DNA from: a virus
Virus record (IMG/VR): IMGVR_UViG_3300042888_002665
Direction: 5' to 3' (one strand)
DNA length: 64,000 nucleotides
Part shown: piece by piece, positions 34,287 through 44,658 of the stretch
How positions within the stretch are numbered: the first letter of the stretch is position 1
Layout of the letters: each line of letters starts with the position of its first letter
Program-made: the position numbers and the translations under genes
The notes under the pieces: generated by a model
The model's database searches: none
What the model was told of the DNA's origin: nothing
What the model saw: only the letters and a program-made list of their open reading frames with translations

Positions 34287-37200
34287 TATTGTCCGTTAAC
34301 AATTTTAGTTACTGTTGGATTTTGTGAATATGATGTTACTTTAGCATATTGTGTATCATATGGTGGTTTATTTAGATTACGTACTATAGCACCGGCAGTA
34401 ACATTAGTTACTAATATGTTAGCTTGTTCTTGAGTACAATTATTAGGATCAATTTTTAATTTTTTAGCCATTGCAGGTATATTATTTTTTAAATACTGTG
34501 CATTAATTTTAGCAGCTACTGCTGGGTCGTTAGCTAAATCCGGATTATTAACTAAATCTACACCTATTTGTTTACCTATTTTTTCGTATGCTGCTCTTCC
34601 AGTTAATTGATTAAATCCTCTTCCTCTATATCTCCACCCATCTCCAGATTGTGTGTTTCCTAAACCTAATTTAGCTTTTTTATCTGCTGCTGGTCCATAT
34701 ATTAAATCAGCAAATGCTACTGGACCTTGTGCTTTTACTGCGGATAGTTGCTCTGGAGTTAGGTGAGAAACACGACTTGGGAAAGTTGCATAAATTTTAG
34801 CATTATCAGTAAAACACCACCCCCTTATATCTTCACTTTGAGGTGCTCCTCCTGATTCTTTCATTATAACTGATAAAGAAGCAATTTGGACAGTTTTTGT
34901 AAATCCACCTAAGCTATCTTTAACGGATGTTAAATTAGCGGCAACTTGTTTAGAAGTTATAGGGGCTGTTTTAGCTACTCTAGTTACTGTTACTACTTGA
35001 TTAGTTGTTGGATCATAAATATAAGCTGTTTCTAATGTTATATTAATACTTAAATCAGCTTTGCTTTTATTTAAAGTATCTGCTACACTATCTGGAATCG
35101 ATGGGTTACCATCAATTACTGTTTTCCATTGGTTATCTGTGCCTATAGTGTGTTTAATATTAGTAACTATATATTGTAAATCAATTCCACTTTCATCACC
35201 CTTATATGATGATGGGGTAAATGTTTTATCAATATTAAATATATTTCCAATAATAATTCCACCAATTCCATCAAATGTTAATGATACTTTTGTTGGAAGG
35301 ATTGATTTATATTTGTTATTTGATTTATAGTTATTAGTTAAGAAACTAATAATATCATTCAGTGAAGTTTTAAAACTATCCATTTCTTCTCCTTTTAACT
35401 TCTCATCAGTCATACCATTTATAGCCTGAAAGAAACCAACAAGTTTCCCTAAACTTTCAGCAAATCCTGCGGCTTGATTGTCTAAAGTTTGATTAGATGA
35501 TATTGGAGAATCCTTTTTAGATATCATTCTATCTCTAATACCTGTATTAAAAGCAACCATTGAACTATTTTCTAATCCTAATTTACCAGCATCAGACTGA
35601 GCTGAAATAGCAATTATAGTTGATTGGTCTGAAAATATTTGGGATTCAAATTGGATATCTCTGAGAATAGATTTTGTTCCACTTACTTCAAAGGTAAATG
35701 GTTTAGGAGGTGCACCTACATTCGTGTAATTTAAATCAACTATATAAGCGGTCTGTCCATCTATTATTACTTCAAAATTATTAACATTGCCCGTTGAATT
35801 TTGAACAGATGATAATATATTTTTTATATATGGGATTAATGCAATTCCTTGCTTTTCTGCGGGATCTTGAGATTTTAATGTTTCGCTAGATGCTAACTCA
35901 TATAGCATTCTTAAGTTAAGGTATATATTTGAATGAATACCATAACTTTTACCAAAGAGTACATTATAAAATGGTTGACTTAAACTATTACAAAAAGCTA
36001 AATATCCAACTGATGGATTTGATGCTAATTCAATAGCTTTGTTAGCTGGTTCTATTTTTTTAGCTGCCTCTTGTGTTTTTTCTATTGCTTGTTGTTTATA
36101 TGATTTTTCCTCTTTATTTACAATACTTTGTAGTTCGGATGCTTTCCCTAAATGGCTTAATGAAGTATATATTTCACTACCAGATAAACCATTAGTAATA
36201 AAAGCACCATCTAAAGTATCATTATCTAAAAATTTATATAAATTTGATTCTTTAGAACCATTAATAATAGCAAGGTTAATTTTTTCTAAGTCTTGTTTGT
36301 TTTGAATTTTTTTAAGTTCAGCAATAATATTTTTATCTTGGCTTCCTTTACCTGTTGTATTTTTTAAAGTAATTAATTTTTTAGCAATTTCTTCTGGAGA
36401 GGTTCCTGGAGATACTGGATTTGTTTTTTTAGGCTGGTCTTTTTCTTTCGGAGGGACTTCAACATGAACTACCGCTTGACCATCAGCAGTATATGTGGTG
36501 GTATCTTTAAATTTAATACCTGCAATGTTAGTTGAAAATGCTGGGTTTTTAATAACGCACACTCTTGGATCTACTGAAATTTGTAGAGGGTGAACTAAAC
36601 AATTTAATGGGAATCTGCCTTTACCTAATTCTATTCTATCATTTACTGATAGTTTAATTAGAGCTTTATTATCTCCTGATGGGTTTTCCAATAAGATAAA
36701 ATTATTTAATAACCCCACCAAAGATTCTAAAGTAATATAAACATCTTTTCCCGGATCAAATAAACTACCTTTAACAGAGGTAGCATTTGGGTCTTCTGCT
36801 GAAGTAGCATCTGATGATACTTCTGTTAATGGGGGAATTTGTTCACTTGTAATAGCAACGGCAAAGTCAATAGCTCCCTTCTTTTTACCATAATCATATA
36901 TTATTTGGCTAGAACCTGATCCATTAGGGAATTTTGTAGTATCTCCAGATTGAGATTTACACAAAGCATAAGTTTCAAATAATATTCCAGTTAATACATT
37001 TTTTGAATATTCCTGAGATATATTTTGAATATCAGCATATGGAATATTAGATAATAATGTTTTAGTAGTTTGATTAGAGTTTTTTAATACTGGGCCTCCG
37101 GAAAAATTGATTTTATATGATTCTAATATTTCACCAGTAGATATAATTTCTGTAGTGCAATCGTACCCTCCATCAGCTCTATATTTCCATCCATAATTCA

Positions 37201-37855
37201 TTACATATCCGAACATAGCATCATAATTGCCATTACTTTCTAATGAATATTTACGTAATTCACCTAAATATACTTGAAGATCTATATCTTTTCTATTAAA
37301 AAATGTCGGGTCTTCTTTTTTAGCACTTATTAGTCTACCAGAATTATCAAGATATGGACTCCATCCCCACTCAAGTAATACAGTGTATCCAGGACGCATA
37401 TATAATTGCTCAAGAATATCGAGTTGTTTAATATCCCAACACTGGAATGTAACTGTTGCTTGTCTTAGTGAACCGTATGCTCCTTTATTTTGAATAGAAA
37501 TATTAGTAATACCAGGCATTGGGCGGATACCTAATACATTGTTTTCGTTTTTTTTAGTTGATGCATTATAGGTTTGGTGACTATATGCTGAAGTATCATA
37601 TGATCCTAATCCGGATTTTTGACCTCCAGATGAATTTAAAACACCACCGGTCAATACATTATTTTGAGCTAATCCAACTACTTTTTTAGAATTACTTCCT
37701 ACTATATCCACGCTAGAACGTAATTGTACCCATGCTGTTTTTGAATTTAAATATACCAAATCAGCTGGTGATCGATTTTCTTTACCAATAAGATTTTGGC
37801 GTGCTGTTAACTGTCCAGCAACTTCAGGAGCAAAAGGTTCTTTAAATATTGACAT
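34286..37855 (-). CDS. Baseplate hub-like protein with a C-terminal GH19 lysozyme-like domain
   Basis: 1189 aa in the tail operon; C-terminal IMKESGG...YRGRGFNQLTGRAAY...NPDL. Confidence 0.7.
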   Translation of the reverse strand: MSIFKEPFAPEVAGQLTARQNLIGKENRSPADLVYLNSKTAWVQLRSSVDIVGSNSKKVVGLAQNNVLTGGVLNSSGGQKSGLGSYDTSAYSHQTYNASTKKNENNVLGIRPMPGITNISIQNKGAYGSLRQATVTFQCWDIKQLDILEQLYMRPGYTVLLEWGWSPYLDNSGRLISAKKEDPTFFNRKDIDLQVYLGELRKYSLESNGNYDAMFGYVMNYGWKYRADGGYDCTTEIISTGEILESYKINFSGGPVLKNSNQTTKTLLSNIPYADIQNISQEYSKNVLTGILFETYALCKSQSGDTTKFPNGSGSSQIIYDYGKKKGAIDFAVAITSEQIPPLTEVSSDATSAEDPNATSVKGSLFDPGKDVYITLESLVGLLNNFILLENPSGDNKALIKLSVNDRIELGKGRFPLNCLVHPLQISVDPRVCVIKNPAFSTNIAGIKFKDTTTYTADGQAVVHVEVPPKEKDQPKKTNPVSPGTSPEEIAKKLITLKNTTGKGSQDKNIIAELKKIQNKQDLEKINLAIINGSKESNLYKFLDNDTLDGAFITNGLSGSEIYTSLSHLGKASELQSIVNKEEKSYKQQAIEKTQEAAKKIEPANKAIELASNPSVGYLAFCNSLSQPFYNVLFGKSYGIHSNIYLNLRMLYELASSETLKSQDPAEKQGIALIPYIKNILSSVQNSTGNVNNFEVIIDGQTAYIVDLNYTNVGAPPKPFTFEVSGTKSILRDIQFESQIFSDQSTIIAISAQSDAGKLGLENSSMVAFNTGIRDRMISKKDSPISSNQTLDNQAAGFAESLGKLVGFFQAINGMTDEKLKGEEMDSFKTSLNDIISFLTNNYKSNNKYKSILPTKVSLTFDGIGGIIIGNIFNIDKTFTPSSYKGDESGIDLQYIVTNIKHTIGTDNQWKTVIDGNPSIPDSVADTLNKSKADLSINITLETAYIYDPTTNQVVTVTRVAKTAPITSKQVAANLTSVKDSLGGFTKTVQIASLSVIMKESGGAPQSEDIRGWCFTDNAKIYATFPSRVSHLTPEQLSAVKAQGPVAFADLIYGPAADKKAKLGLGNTQSGDGWRYRGRGFNQLTGRAAYEKIGKQIGVDLVNNPDLANDPAVAAKINAQYLKNNIPAMAKKLKIDPNNCTQEQANILVTNVTAGAIVRNLNKPPYDTQYAKVTSYSQNPTVTKIVNGQ

Positions 37856-37860
37856 AACAA

Positions 37861-38157
37861 TTAATTATTGGTACTATTAAATAATTCTAATACACTATTT
37901 ACATTTACTGGTATTCTTAGTTGAGTTCCAGGTATAGGAAACATAGAACCCTTAGTTATATTATTATTTGCTACCGATATTATCCACCATAATTCAGCAT
38001 CGTTGTAGTAATCGTATGCTATTAAATCTAAACGATCCCCTATAGTAGTGATTACATAAACATCCGTTTCTAAAAATGGGACATTTGGGTATATTTTACC
38101 CTTGTAATATCGTTTTCCAGATGACGTAAGTTTTAATGTATTTTTATCGTATCTCAT
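37861..38157 (-). CDS. LysM / tail-X-like baseplate protein
   Basis: GDRLDLIAYDYYNDAELWWIISVANN...PGTQLRIP. Confidence 0.8.
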   Translation of the reverse strand: MRYDKNTLKLTSSGKRYYKGKIYPNVPFLETDVYVITTIGDRLDLIAYDYYNDAELWWIISVANNNITKGSMFPIPGTQLRIPVNVNSVLELFNSTNN

Positions 38158-40337
38158 AATCTTATCCCTTTAAGTAGATCAAATGTAGGTGCAGCAATTG
38201 GGTAAGGTCCAAGTTTTGGTGATTCTTTAGCAATTGAATTAGGATTTGCTAAACTAATAGGTTGATTAAGTAAATTATTTTGTCTTATTGATAATCTATC
38301 TGATAACCCTGTTGGTATTTGTTGAATTGCTTTAGATTTTATATCGTTTACTTTACCAAATATATTAATTGGAGGTCCAAATTGGGTATTATTTGATTCT
38401 CTTGTTACTGTAGTGAAGAATGTATTTGCTGCTAAATCTTTATTACTATTAGCTCCTGTATTATTTAATGTTTCTTCATCAGAAATAAAGTAATTAGCTG
38501 CATTTTCAATATCTTTATAGAAAAATCCACCTTCTCTTCTATATGTTGGTAAATCATTATGTATAACAGTGAAGTTAACTGAGACATTTATATTGTGTGC
38601 TAATTGATCATCTAAATCCCAACTAGATTCATTAGGTATATCATATGATAAACTATTAATTATTCCTGTTTCTCCTTTTAAATAATTTCCTAAATATAAT
38701 TTAGTTAAAATCCCACCTAAACGACTTTCATTATATGATCCGGCTAATGATGATTCTAAAGCACCTAATGCTCTATGCCTTTCACGCAATTCTACAGGAT
38801 TAGTACATGGAATTTGTAAACCGAATGATACACTACGTTTAAATTTATTAAATACATAAAAACTTTCTGATCTACCTACATAACTAACATCATTCCAACT
38901 AGCATCAGATGATACTTTAAATCCATTAATATATGCTGGGAATATTATTCGGTGGAGGTTTTGAGCAGTAAATGGATTAATTAGCTGAAAAACAACAGAC
39001 ATATTTTTTCCATCATTTCGTTCATATGAGTTTAATTTTCCAAATTTATTAAAATAACGAAAATTATCATCACTCCGTTTTAAACCTTGAGTTTCAGCTT
39101 TTTTGATTGGAAAACCATGAGTTTTATAGGTATATTTGGTTTCACCAACTCCTACTTTAACATTAGCACCTCCGTAATATGATATAGTAGCATCAGTAAC
39201 ATCACTATTTTTATTTATAATATCTTCTAGTTGTTTAACTCCTTTATTGTTAATAGCAATATTATAAACTGAGTTTTTAATTTCTTTTACAGGTGCAAAT
39301 CCGGTAAATGGAAGATCAGTATCTTTTTTATCTGTAGTAGATGCTTTAACTGCACTTCTATATAGGTTAGTCACACCTGAATCAGCTTTAACTAAATCTC
39401 TAACTTCAGGAGGATAAATCTTTGTAAAAGCTAAATCGTTTAATTTCTTTAATTTATCAGTATCATTAGTAACAGATGATCTTCTGATAGTAGTAGAACC
39501 AATACCAAATCTTGAATTAGGACCCCCACTATATTGATCAATAATCATATCGACTGGAGGAGTAGAAACGTTGCTAATTTTATTTACAACATTTGATATT
39601 TGGTTAATAAGTGGACTACCACCAAAAAATCCAGCTATACCAGTAGCGGTTCCTAAAAATGATGATATACGAGATAATGAGCTTCCTACTCTATCTTGTA
39701 GTTCTGTTTTTTTAGCTTGATTTGAGCCTAATCTTCCTAATCTTAATTTACTATATAATTTAGTTAATCGGTTATCTTTTTCACTATTATTAGCATTAAC
39801 AATACTTTCATATTTTTGATCATCACTCATTACTGGTGAAAAACCATGTCTAACAATGTGTTGACCTAATGCATTAACTGGAATTTGAGCTAATGTATTA
39901 ACACCTAAATTATAAGTACGGGTAGGACCTCCAGTAGCATTATTTATCCTAGTACCTATATTTTGTACAAAAGATGAAATTTTACCAAATAATCCTGGGG
40001 GTGTAACTATTGTATTGCCTAATCCTTGTCTGGCTTCTAGTCTAGGATTAGATAACTGTAATGCAACTTGCTTAGTTAAAAATAAAGGACCTACAGGCAA
40101 ATCGGTAAAGAACTTTCCAATACGAATAGTATCAGTTATACCAGCATTTGTAGAACCTATAGCACCCCCACGTATAAACTTATCATCAAATTTAGAAAGG
40201 CGGAATTGATTAAAAGCTCTATCTACTGTGTTTATATCGGTTACAATATATGGTTTTGTAGAATCGCCTTTAGTTCCTTTTTCTCCAAACTTTAATGATT
40301 TAAGTTTAGTGTCTTTTAACTTTGCAAATAAAGACAT
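38154..40337 (-). CDS. Baseplate / tube-initiator-like protein
   Basis: C-terminal IFPAYINGF..SSDASWNDVSYVGRSE.FY.F..FKRSVSF tube-fold pattern; position after the tape measure gene. Confidence 0.6.
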   Translation of the reverse strand: MSLFAKLKDTKLKSLKFGEKGTKGDSTKPYIVTDINTVDRAFNQFRLSKFDDKFIRGGAIGSTNAGITDTIRIGKFFTDLPVGPLFLTKQVALQLSNPRLEARQGLGNTIVTPPGLFGKISSFVQNIGTRINNATGGPTRTYNLGVNTLAQIPVNALGQHIVRHGFSPVMSDDQKYESIVNANNSEKDNRLTKLYSKLRLGRLGSNQAKKTELQDRVGSSLSRISSFLGTATGIAGFFGGSPLINQISNVVNKISNVSTPPVDMIIDQYSGGPNSRFGIGSTTIRRSSVTNDTDKLKKLNDLAFTKIYPPEVRDLVKADSGVTNLYRSAVKASTTDKKDTDLPFTGFAPVKEIKNSVYNIAINNKGVKQLEDIINKNSDVTDATISYYGGANVKVGVGETKYTYKTHGFPIKKAETQGLKRSDDNFRYFNKFGKLNSYERNDGKNMSVVFQLINPFTAQNLHRIIFPAYINGFKVSSDASWNDVSYVGRSESFYVFNKFKRSVSFGLQIPCTNPVELRERHRALGALESSLAGSYNESRLGGILTKLYLGNYLKGETGIINSLSYDIPNESSWDLDDQLAHNINVSVNFTVIHNDLPTYRREGGFFYKDIENAANYFISDEETLNNTGANSNKDLAANTFFTTVTRESNNTQFGPPINIFGKVNDIKSKAIQQIPTGLSDRLSIRQNNLLNQPISLANPNSIAKESPKLGPYPIAAPTFDLLKGIRL

Positions 40338-40342
40338 GCTTA

Positions 40343-40567
40343 TTATTTAAAAATTTGGTCAGAATATTTTTTTCCTGTTCCTGATTTGTATTTTGATTTG
40401 TTAGCATTATCTGCTTCATCTAAAAGTGATGGGTTTCTTGTAATTTTTGGATCCCCAATTGTAGATGATTGATTATGTAATGTTGAAAGTTTATCTTCAG
40501 CATTGAATTTTGGTTTAGCTCCTTGAAAGCCTAAACGCATTTTTGGTAAGAAATCTAATAATCCCAT
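40343..40567 (-). CDS. Hypothetical protein
   Basis: 74 aa; TATTTATA motif 19 nt upstream. Confidence 0.7.
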   Translation of the reverse strand: MGLLDFLPKMRLGFQGAKPKFNAEDKLSTLHNQSSTIGDPKITRNPSLLDEADNANKSKYKSGTGKKYSDQIFK

Positions 40568-40600
40568 TTTATTATTGTTGTTTTAGTATAAATATTAAAA

Positions 40601-42967
40601 TTAAGCAGATCTATATGATTTTTGAATTAATCCGGTTCCTACTGATTTAGAATCTAAATGAACATCCCATGATTTATTCTTTAAATCAGTAACAGCTGCT
40701 GTTACTTGATTAATTGCGGCAATCATTGGAGATAAATCTATAGATTGATTATTATTTATGCGTGGGGATGTATCTAATCTATCACCTGATTTGTTTTGGG
40801 TAATATTTGGAGATACTGCTAGTTTATCACCAGCCGCGGTAATTGCTGTTTCTCCATATTTATTTGTTATTTGGAATGGACCTCCTGAAGTTGCTACACC
40901 ATCTCCTACAGATTGAGATTTAGCATCTGAATTAGCAGATTTCATAGCTCCATATACAGTAGCAATTCCAGCGGCAATTGCTAATGCCATTACTCCAAAT
41001 GAAAGAGCAGTAGCTAATGTTGAAGCTGCAATAGCAGATCCTGTTAAGCTGACAAACATGCTTGCTAATCCTAATAACATCTTACCTAATGAAATGCCAG
41101 CTATAAGAGTCATAGTTCCATAAACAAGTCCAGTATGTTTAGATAAATAACCCATAGCATCTACTAGTCCCTTAAAAGGACCATCTAGTAAATTAGCAAG
41201 TGTTGTTTTTAAATTATTAAAAGTAGCATCTAATTTTTCGGCCGCTGATTGTTGTTGAAGATTTACTACTAAAGAATCAGATTCAGATAAACCTCTTTCT
41301 CTAGCTATTTGTAATTGTTCCGCTGCTGATTTACCAGATATATCTCCTAACTTGTTAAATGTTTCTTGTTGGGTTAACATCTCTGCTAATTCTTCTCTAC
41401 TCATTCCAAACGCTTGTGCTAATGATCTTTGACCAATAACATTCATTTTTTCAAAATCAGCTAAAGAACCTACTTGATCTGCTATTTCTTTAGTTAAGGT
41501 AACTTGATCCCCTGTTAAAGCAGCATAGCGGGCTTTTTCTAAATTAATTTGTTTTCCTGTTACTAATTCTGCTTTTAATTCGTTTTCAATAGATGATTGA
41601 AAGTCAAGTAAAGATTCGCCAACTTTATCTACTGCTTCTAAATTTGTACCTAATGCTTTTGCTTGGGCCACAGCCTTAGCTAATGCTTCTGGATTTTGTT
41701 GGAATTTACTTGTTATACCAGCACTAAGTTTTCCTATTTCTTGGAATACTTGTTTAGCATTTATTTGAACTCCTGTAGATTTTTGAGCAGCTATTATACC
41801 AGCAGAAATTGATTTGTTGGTGTCTTTTAAAGTTTTATTATTTAAAACACCAAATCTGTATATTTGAGTTGCTTCTTCTACTGATAACCCCATTGTTTGG
41901 GTCATCTTAGTAAATTCATTAACAGTACCTTGACTTAAAGTAACAGAAAGTCCTAATTGACTATTAACATCAGTTAAACTTTTAGCAATTTGTTCAGAAG
42001 AATAAACATTTTGATTTAGACCGTCATTAAATACAGATTGAGATTGTACAGCCTCAATTGTAAAATTTTTAACTTGATCTCTTGAAAGTCCTAAATTTCG
42101 AGCGGTCCCAACAATAGCAGTATCAAAACTTTTAAAAGCTTCAAACGCCATTTTGATATAACCTGTTAATTCACTAAATCCTTTTTTAGCTAAACCTAAC
42201 CCAACAGCAAATCTTGCTACTGGGTCTTCCATAGCTTCTTTGAATCCTGCTTTAGCAATCCTAAATAGATCTCCCAATCCAACTTTACCATCATTAGCAG
42301 TTTTTCTAAGTTCACTATTTATATTATCTAAAATTACACTACTAATTCCAAACTTTTGTAATTCCTTAGAAATAAGTTTAAATGCATTTCCTGTTAATCC
42401 TAAATTATTATTAATTCTTTTTTCATTATCTATTATTTTATCAAACTCCTCATTGATTTGATTTAAATAATTTACTTGAACCTCAAATCCTTCCTTTATT
42501 TCTTTTTGCTGATCTTCTAAAAGTTTACGTTGTTTAGCTGTAAGATCATTCTGTTGTAGTGCCTCTTTAATATTATCTTGTTTAGTTCTAAGTGACTCTA
42601 CTTCTATCTCAGCTTTCTTTTGTAAATCAGATAATTCTTTAACAGTTAATATATTAGTACCATCGACATGTTGTTGAACTTTAGCTGTTATACTACTTAA
42701 TTTGTTATATGATGCATTAATAGAATTAATTAATTTTCCTGCAGAATTAAAATCAGATAATGTATTTTTTAATATTGAGGATATAGATCCAAATGCATTT
42801 CTAATATCATATATATCACTTGATAATATTCTTATTGCTCTTGAAATACCTTCAATATCATCGGGCATTTGCTCTAATGCTCTGCCCCCTAATGATCTTA
42901 ATTCATCATTAAGTTGTTGAAATTGTTGTCTAAGATTATTAATTTCTTCTGGGGTAATTTCAGCCAT
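40601..42967 (-). CDS. Tape measure protein
   Basis: 788 aa, helical and Ala/Leu/Gln-rich with a hydrophobic segment near the C-terminus; directly downstream of the tail chaperones. Confidence 0.82.
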   Translation of the reverse strand: MAEITPEEINNLRQQFQQLNDELRSLGGRALEQMPDDIEGISRAIRILSSDIYDIRNAFGSISSILKNTLSDFNSAGKLINSINASYNKLSSITAKVQQHVDGTNILTVKELSDLQKKAEIEVESLRTKQDNIKEALQQNDLTAKQRKLLEDQQKEIKEGFEVQVNYLNQINEEFDKIIDNEKRINNNLGLTGNAFKLISKELQKFGISSVILDNINSELRKTANDGKVGLGDLFRIAKAGFKEAMEDPVARFAVGLGLAKKGFSELTGYIKMAFEAFKSFDTAIVGTARNLGLSRDQVKNFTIEAVQSQSVFNDGLNQNVYSSEQIAKSLTDVNSQLGLSVTLSQGTVNEFTKMTQTMGLSVEEATQIYRFGVLNNKTLKDTNKSISAGIIAAQKSTGVQINAKQVFQEIGKLSAGITSKFQQNPEALAKAVAQAKALGTNLEAVDKVGESLLDFQSSIENELKAELVTGKQINLEKARYAALTGDQVTLTKEIADQVGSLADFEKMNVIGQRSLAQAFGMSREELAEMLTQQETFNKLGDISGKSAAEQLQIARERGLSESDSLVVNLQQQSAAEKLDATFNNLKTTLANLLDGPFKGLVDAMGYLSKHTGLVYGTMTLIAGISLGKMLLGLASMFVSLTGSAIAASTLATALSFGVMALAIAAGIATVYGAMKSANSDAKSQSVGDGVATSGGPFQITNKYGETAITAAGDKLAVSPNITQNKSGDRLDTSPRINNNQSIDLSPMIAAINQVTAAVTDLKNKSWDVHLDSKSVGTGLIQKSYRSA

Positions 42968-42996
42968 ATTATAATTTAATTATATAATATAAATAT

Positions 42997-43020
42997 AAAA
43001 AGCACCTATTTTTTAGGTGC
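42997..43020 (-). terminator. Intrinsic terminator
   Basis: GCACCTA-AAAAA-TAGGTGC-TTTTT. Confidence 0.7.
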
Positions 43021-43294
43021 CTTATATGAATATGTTGGGTTTGAAGATTTTGGTTGAATATTAGGTCTAGCTATATCCTTAGGATTTGTTTTATTATTTA
43101 ATTGTTGTTGTTGTTTTTCAGCTTCTTCATTTTGCTTATCAAAATGTTCTTTTATTTTATTAAATGTGAATTTACGAAGCCAAATAGGCATATTATAAAT
43201 TGTATGCCAATCATATCCTCCACCACCATGAAATACAATTTCATGAATGGTTGAAAATAAAATTACTCTATACTCCTGCGTCAGGCCAAAAAAA
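43006..43294 (-). CDS. Frameshift extension (GT-like) of the tail assembly chaperone
   Basis: The frame of 43006..43191 stays open upstream without an ATG (FFGLTQEYRVILFSTIHEIVFHGGGGYDWHTIYN-MPIW...) back to a T7 run at 43288-43294 and an in-frame TAA just before it. Confidence 0.7.
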
Positions 43295-44032
43295 GTTTAG
43301 GCCAATCTGCACCGTTACACCCTCCTGTGTGTACCCGTCTTTTTCAACATCGACTTTTAAGTCAATATCTGGCATTATTTGGTTGTAATAATCGCGTAAT
43401 GATCGTGAATCTTGCGCAGTAAGATATTTGTCAACGAACTCACGGATATCTTTAGTATCGCGTGAACCCTCAACAGATGTTATCATAAATTTTAAACGAG
43501 TAGTTAATTCAAATGAATCATTAGGGTATAATTTCTTTAATCCTTTTAATTCTTGTTCAATTTTCTTTTCATCACTGCCATCTAACAATTTAAAAGTAAT
43601 TGAATTTTTTGATTGAGGCAATTCATAAGTAAATTCATTCTTACCTGGTGTAAGTAATGATTCGTTTATTTCTTTTTCTTTTAATGTAGTTAAATCAACA
43701 AGATACTCATCAAATTCACTTTTATTTTTATTAAAAAATCTAATAGGGTAATCTTTACCATATCCCAAAATACGAGCGGCTATTAGAATTGCATTTTTAT
43801 CTCCTATTAATAAATCATTAAAATTAATAGGGGTAACTATTAATGCTTCGAGTAATTTATCAATTGCAGTTCCATTTTCGATATAGTTTCTATTAGTTAA
43901 AATATCTTCATGCTTTGCAGACATATATGACATTTCAACTTCACCCGAAGATAATGGATTATCTTTTGAATATAATAAACCTTTTGAAGGTAGGGTGATT
44001 ATTTCTGTTGGTAATTTAAATTTTGATTCCAT
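43268..44032 (-). CDS. Tail assembly chaperone / T4 gp26-like protein
   Basis: ITLPSKGLLY, MSAKHEDILT, GDKNAILIAARILGYG and C-terminal NFFWPD; between tube and tape measure. Confidence 0.75.
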   Translation of the reverse strand: MESKFKLPTEIITLPSKGLLYSKDNPLSSGEVEMSYMSAKHEDILTNRNYIENGTAIDKLLEALIVTPINFNDLLIGDKNAILIAARILGYGKDYPIRFFNKNKSEFDEYLVDLTTLKEKEINESLLTPGKNEFTYELPQSKNSITFKLLDGSDEKKIEQELKGLKKLYPNDSFELTTRLKFMITSVEGSRDTKDIREFVDKYLTAQDSRSLRDYYNQIMPDIDLKVDVEKDGYTQEGVTVQIGLNFFWPDAGV

Positions 44033-44053
44033 ATAACAATTTTATTGTGCGTA

Positions 44054-44061
44054 TATAAATA
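44054..44061 (-). promoter_or_regulatory. Class A promoter-like motif TATTTATA
   Basis: 21 nt upstream of the chaperone ATG, immediately after a terminator. Confidence 0.55.
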
Positions 44062-44067
44062 TATAAA

Positions 44068-44104
44068 ACAAAAAACCCCTCGACAAAATGTCAAGAGGTT
44101 TTTA
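44068..44104 (-). terminator. Intrinsic terminator after the tail tube gene
   Basis: CCTCTTGAC-ATTTT-GTCGAG hairpin flanked by an A-run and a T-run. Confidence 0.75.
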
Positions 44105-44123
44105 AATATTCACAATCTAATTT

Positions 44124-44612
44124 TTAGTAATTCAATACGCAGTAATCCATAGCGATTGTTAAGGAGATAGAAGTAGCAGTTTCTCCAGACGCCCAATCAT
44201 ATTCGCCAAAATTAGCAGTTTTGCAATAAGCACCTTTAATTACCCATTCAGATACCACATCACCAACTGGTCCTAACACGTTTAATACAACGTCTTTCTT
44301 GTAGAAATCTGAGTAACCGTCACGTCCCGTTACTGATTCATGAGCTAAACGAGCCCATTCCATTACTGCTTGTGCACCTGATGGAGCGATTGGATCGTAA
44401 AGTTCTAAAGTCATATCTTGCCATCTAACCTTACCTTTAATTTTACGGTAAGTGTTAATATGATCTAATATGATTTCTCCAGCTTCGAATGAAGGTGACG
44501 ATGCTTTTTTAATTAAATAAGCTGGAATCCCGTCTATGTACATTATGAAACGATTTTGAACTTTTGGTTCAAAAGCGGTGAACATAATTTCTGATGAATC
44601 TAATACTGCCAT
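44124..44612 (-). CDS. Tail tube protein (T4 gp19-like)
   Basis: FEPKVQNRF, WQDMTLELYDPI, VMEW, DFYKKD and EWVIKGAY. Confidence 0.88.
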   Translation of the reverse strand: MAVLDSSEIMFTAFEPKVQNRFIMYIDGIPAYLIKKASSPSFEAGEIILDHINTYRKIKGKVRWQDMTLELYDPIAPSGAQAVMEWARLAHESVTGRDGYSDFYKKDVVLNVLGPVGDVVSEWVIKGAYCKTANFGEYDWASGETATSISLTIAMDYCVLNY

Positions 44613-44630
44613 TTTTTATATCTTGTTTAT

Positions 44631-44638
44631 TATAAATA
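44631..44638 (-). promoter_or_regulatory. Class A promoter-like motif upstream of the tail tube gene
   Basis: TATTTATA 18 nt before the ATG. Confidence 0.55.
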
Positions 44639-44658
44639 TCAATTATTTAAATTTTTTA

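Noticed and set aside
44054-44061. Calling TATAAATA sites T4 gp55 late promoters
   Set aside because: They lie on the non-coding strand relative to every downstream gene. They were kept only as a reverse-orientation motif (class A).
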